Part shown: in pieces, positions 28,865 to 32,000 of the stretch
Numbering within the stretch: position 1 is the first letter of the stretch
Layout: each line of letters starts with the position of its first letter
DNA from: Mycolicibacterium smegmatis
Lineage (GTDB): Bacteria > Actinomycetota > Actinomycetes > Mycobacteriales > Mycobacteriaceae
NCBI RefSeq assembly: GCF_001457595.1
Contig: NZ_LN831039.1
Span: 3,690,001-3,722,000 of the forward strand
Direction: 5' to 3'
Length of the DNA: 32,000 nt
Notes under the pieces: generated by a model
Told to the model about the DNA's origin: nothing
Databases searched by the model: none
Seen by the model: the letters and a program-made list of their open reading frames with translations, nothing else
Translations under genes and position numbers: made by a program

Positions 28865-30094
28865 ATGACTGCGGCGTCGACATTCGTGATCATCGGCGGC
28901 GGCCTGGCCGGCGCCAAAGCTGCTGAAGCGTTGCGCGACAACGACTTCGACGGCCAGGTACTGTTGTTCGCGGCCGAGGAGAAGCTGCCCTACGAGCGGC
29001 CTCCGCTGTCCAAGGACTACCTGGCAGGCAAGAAGACCCTCGACGAGTTCACCGTCGCCGCTCCGGCGTGGTACCGCGACCACGACGTGACGCTGCGACT
29101 CGGGACCGAGGTGGCCGCGATCAACCCGGCCGACCACACCGTGACGCTGCCCGACGGGTCGGCAGTGGGTTACGACAAGCTGCTGCTGGCCACCGGTTCG
29201 GCATCGCGGCGGCTGCCGATTCCCGGTGCGGACGCGTCCGGCGTGCACTATCTGCGCACGGTCGACGACGCCGCCGCACTCGATGCGGTTCTCACCGAGG
29301 GCGCCTCGCTCGCGGTGGTCGGCGCAGGATGGATCGGGCTCGAGGTCGCCGCGACCGCACGCACCCGCGGCGTCGATGTCACCGTGGTCGAGGCCGCGCG
29401 CCTGCCACTGCTCGGCGCGCTCGGCGCCGAGGTCGCCGAGGTGTTCGCGCAGTTGCACCGCGAGCACGGCGTGGACCTGCGGCTCGAACAGACCGTCGAG
29501 GAGATCACCACCGCCGACGGCCGGGCCACCGGCCTGCGTCTCGGAGATGGTTCGACCATCGCGGCCGACGCCGTGCTGGTCGCGGTCGGCGCGGCGCCGA
29601 ACATCGGACTGGCCGAACGGGCCGGCCTCGCGACCGCCGACGGGGGCGTCCTGGTCGACGCGTCGCTGCGCACCAGCGACCCGGACATCTACGCCGTCGG
29701 CGACATCGCCGCGGCGCAGCACCCGCTGCTCGGTGTCCGCATCCGCACCGAACACTGGGCCAACGCGCTCAAACAACCCGCGGTGGCCGTCGCGGGCATG
29801 CTGGGCCGGACCGCGGAATACGCCGAATTACCCTATTTCTTCACCGACCAGTACGACCTCGGCATGGAGTATGCCGGGCACGCCCCCAGCTACGAGCGCG
29901 TGGTGTTCCGCGGTGATGTGCCCGGGCGCGAGTTCGTGGCCTTCTGGCTCGACGGCGACAACCGGGTGCTGGCCGGGATGAACGTCAACATCTGGGATGT
30001 GCTCGACGACGTCAAGGCCCTGATCCGGTCGCGGGAACCGGTCGACCCCGACCTGCTGGCCGATCCGGGCCGGCCGCTCAACGCGCCCGGCTGA
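28865..30094 (+). CDS. FAD-dependent NAD(P)H oxidoreductase (ferredoxin/rubredoxin reductase-like)
   Basis: FVIIGGGLAGAKAAEALRDNDFDG, YERPPLSKDYL, VVGAGWIGLEVAATARTRGVDVTVVEAA, DIYAVGDIAAAQ. Confidence 0.92.
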   Translation: MTAASTFVIIGGGLAGAKAAEALRDNDFDGQVLLFAAEEKLPYERPPLSKDYLAGKKTLDEFTVAAPAWYRDHDVTLRLGTEVAAINPADHTVTLPDGSAVGYDKLLLATGSASRRLPIPGADASGVHYLRTVDDAAALDAVLTEGASLAVVGAGWIGLEVAATARTRGVDVTVVEAARLPLLGALGAEVAEVFAQLHREHGVDLRLEQTVEEITTADGRATGLRLGDGSTIAADAVLVAVGAAPNIGLAERAGLATADGGVLVDASLRTSDPDIYAVGDIAAAQHPLLGVRIRTEHWANALKQPAVAVAGMLGRTAEYAELPYFFTDQYDLGMEYAGHAPSYERVVFRGDVPGREFVAFWLDGDNRVLAGMNVNIWDVLDDVKALIRSREPVDPDLLADPGRPLNAPG

Positions 30095-30231
30095 GCAGGG
30101 CGATCGCCGCGGCGCTGGGAATGCGCTGCGGGTCAACCGTATTCTCGGCATTCCCGGCCGTGCCCGGCGTGCGCTGTAACGTGCACACGGCCGCCCGTGC
30201 CCGGACAATCGATACACGTGACGGCAGAAAG

Positions 30232-30909
30232 GTGAGCCCGTTGAACGTCGCCCCAGCCGAACTGACCGGCACCGAACAGGCAGTTCTGCTGGTGCTCATG
30301 GCCGAGTCGCGGCCCGTGCCCAATCCGGACCTCGAACGGCTCGGACCGAAGCTCGACAAGCGGGGCCGGGACCGGCTCAACGAACTGGGGCTGATCGAGA
30401 CCACACCGGGGCGTCCGCTGGTCCACGAACTCACCGACGCGGGTTGGGCGGTGTGCCGCCAGTTGCTCGCCGCCGACACACCGCCGCGGTCGTCCGGCCA
30501 GGGCCGCGCTCTCTACACCGTGCTCAGAGCGCTGCACCGCCACCTCGAACGCGCAGATCTCGCGCCGGCCGACGTGTTCCTGCCTGGCGACTCGCCGGCG
30601 CCTGCCGCCGTCGACACGCCGGGCACCGCGAGCGGCTACGCGCTCGCGCCGCGCGCCGAGGAGGCCCTGCGGGCCGCCTACGCGAGGCTCGCGGACCGGC
30701 CCGGCGGCTGGGTCGGCCTGGCCCGGCTGCGCGGCGAGGTGCCCGATCTGCCGCGCAAAGAGGTCGACGCGGCTTTGATCAGCCTCTACCAGCAGCCGGG
30801 TGTGAGCCTGATTCCCGAAGAGAACCAGAAGACGCTGACCGAAGCCGATCGCGCCGCCGCCGTGCGCATCGGTGACCAGAACAAACACCTGATCGCGATC
30901 GAGTCCTGA
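30232..30909 (+). CDS. putative tandem winged-helix protein of unknown function
   Basis: GTG start (VSPLNVAPAELTGTEQ). N-terminal wHTH-like region (LERLGPKLDKRGRDRLNELGLIETTPGRPLVHELTDAGW), second helical/wing-like domain at the C terminus. TGATG overlap with the next gene. Confidence 0.6.
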   Translation: MSPLNVAPAELTGTEQAVLLVLMAESRPVPNPDLERLGPKLDKRGRDRLNELGLIETTPGRPLVHELTDAGWAVCRQLLAADTPPRSSGQGRALYTVLRALHRHLERADLAPADVFLPGDSPAPAAVDTPGTASGYALAPRAEEALRAAYARLADRPGGWVGLARLRGEVPDLPRKEVDAALISLYQQPGVSLIPEENQKTLTEADRAAAVRIGDQNKHLIAIES

Positions 30910-32000
30910 TGCAGCAACACGAACGGGAAGCGCTCAGCGCGCTGCGGCTCACCTGGGCGCCCACGGCCGACGACCTGTGGCACTCGCAGGGCGCGCTGCA
31001 CGTGCCCGGCCTGCACGAACGGGCCATGACCGACGTGCTTGCCGCGTTCGACGACGCCGCGCGCGAGACCGATTCCAGCCCGCTCGGGGTCGTCGTGCGC
31101 GGACCGGCCGGTTCGGGCAAGACGCACCTGCTCGGTCAGGTGCGCGAACGCGTGCAGACCGCGGGCGGCTTCTTCTTCCTGGTCGAACTGCTCGACGCCA
31201 CGAGCTTCTGGCAGTCCGCACGCGCGGGCATCCTGGAGAGCCTCGGCCGCCCCGGCGGGGAGCGGGAAACCCAGCTCAAAGACCTGCTGTGGGAACTGGC
31301 GTCGATCGCCCACATCTCGCGGGCCAATCGCCGCGCCATCATCGGCGACGACGACCTGACGCCGGAGATCCTCACCGATTTCGTCACCGCGCTGCACAAG
31401 GCCAGGCGCCAGACGGTCAAACGCGCCCACCACACGCTGCGGGCGCTGGTCCTGCTGGGCGCCGCGGATCTGGACCTGCAGGACATCGGCGAGGCCTTCC
31501 TCGTCGGCAACGTGGGCACTCTCGGCGCGACCGACGGCTCGGAGGCCGAACTCGCGGCGTGGGGCCTGCCCGTGCCCACCCTGACCCCACAGGAATCGGT
31601 GCGGGACATCTCGCGGTTGGTCGCACTGGCCGGGCCCGCGGTGCTGGCCCTCGACCAGATCGACACGCTGTTGGCGCAGTCCATCGAGCGGACCGCCGAT
31701 CGTGTGTCCGGCGAGAACTCCGAGCCCGCGAGCCTGGACAACCGCGACCTCGAGCACGTGGCCCACGGGCTGATGTCGGTGCGCCAGACCATGCGCCGGA
31801 CGGTGTCGGTGGTCGCGTGTCTGCCCGCGGCGTGGGAGGCCATCGAGAACCGGGCTACCGCGAGTGTGCACGACCGGTTCCGCACCACGGCGCTGCTGCA
31901 GGGCCTGCCGACGCCCGATATCGGCCGCGCGATCCTGGAGCGCCGGTTCTCGGCGACCTACAGCGCCGTCGGGTTCAGCGCGCCGTACCCGAGTTGGCCG
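30909..32000 (+). CDS. P-loop ATPase (AAA/STAND-like), 3' end outside window
   Basis: GVVVRGPAGSGKTHLLGQVRERV (Walker A) and AVLALDQIDTLLAQ (Walker B-like). Open to the window end (364 codons). Confidence 0.8.
   Translation, partial: MQQHEREALSALRLTWAPTADDLWHSQGALHVPGLHERAMTDVLAAFDDAARETDSSPLGVVVRGPAGSGKTHLLGQVRERVQTAGGFFFLVELLDATSFWQSARAGILESLGRPGGERETQLKDLLWELASIAHISRANRRAIIGDDDLTPEILTDFVTALHKARRQTVKRAHHTLRALVLLGAADLDLQDIGEAFLVGNVGTLGATDGSEAELAAWGLPVPTLTPQESVRDISRLVALAGPAVLALDQIDTLLAQSIERTADRVSGENSEPASLDNRDLEHVAHGLMSVRQTMRRTVSVVACLPAAWEAIENRATASVHDRFRTTALLQGLPTPDIGRAILERRFSATYSAVGFSAPYPSWP

Noticed and set aside
30786-31871. 361-aa minus-strand ORF opposite the P-loop ATPase
   Set aside because: The + strand has clear Walker motifs; the antisense translation is unstructured shadow sequence.

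Overview
Native-looking, high-GC actinobacterial chromosome, most likely a fast-growing Mycobacterium/Mycolicibacterium of the M. smegmatis type: it carries an antigen-85 mycolyltransferase, a full-length lon, MmpS/MmpL and several mycobacterial-style enzymes. About 26 genes can be supported. No rRNA, tRNA, CRISPR array or transposase was seen. The strongest leads are: (1) a translationally coupled pair (ATGA overlap) of a Cache-HAMP receptor-type class III cyclase, degenerate at several catalytic positions, and an MscS-type channel with a C-terminal cyclic-nucleotide-binding fold that also lacks the canonical Glu/Arg ligand contacts; (2) a tightly packed 26131-30094 gene run in which two paralogous small membrane proteins flank an MpaB/DUF2236-like protein, followed by a lipoprotein, a DUF72 protein and an FAD oxidoreductase; (3) a truncated module at the right edge, a putative tandem winged-helix protein plus a P-loop ATPase; (4) two 68-bp copies (about 74% identical) of a dispersed element with conserved inverted ends, each placed just downstream of a + strand gene; (5) candidate operators: two KstR-like sites and a HAIR/HspR-like site upstream of lon. 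All assignments come from reading the sequence, with no database search.
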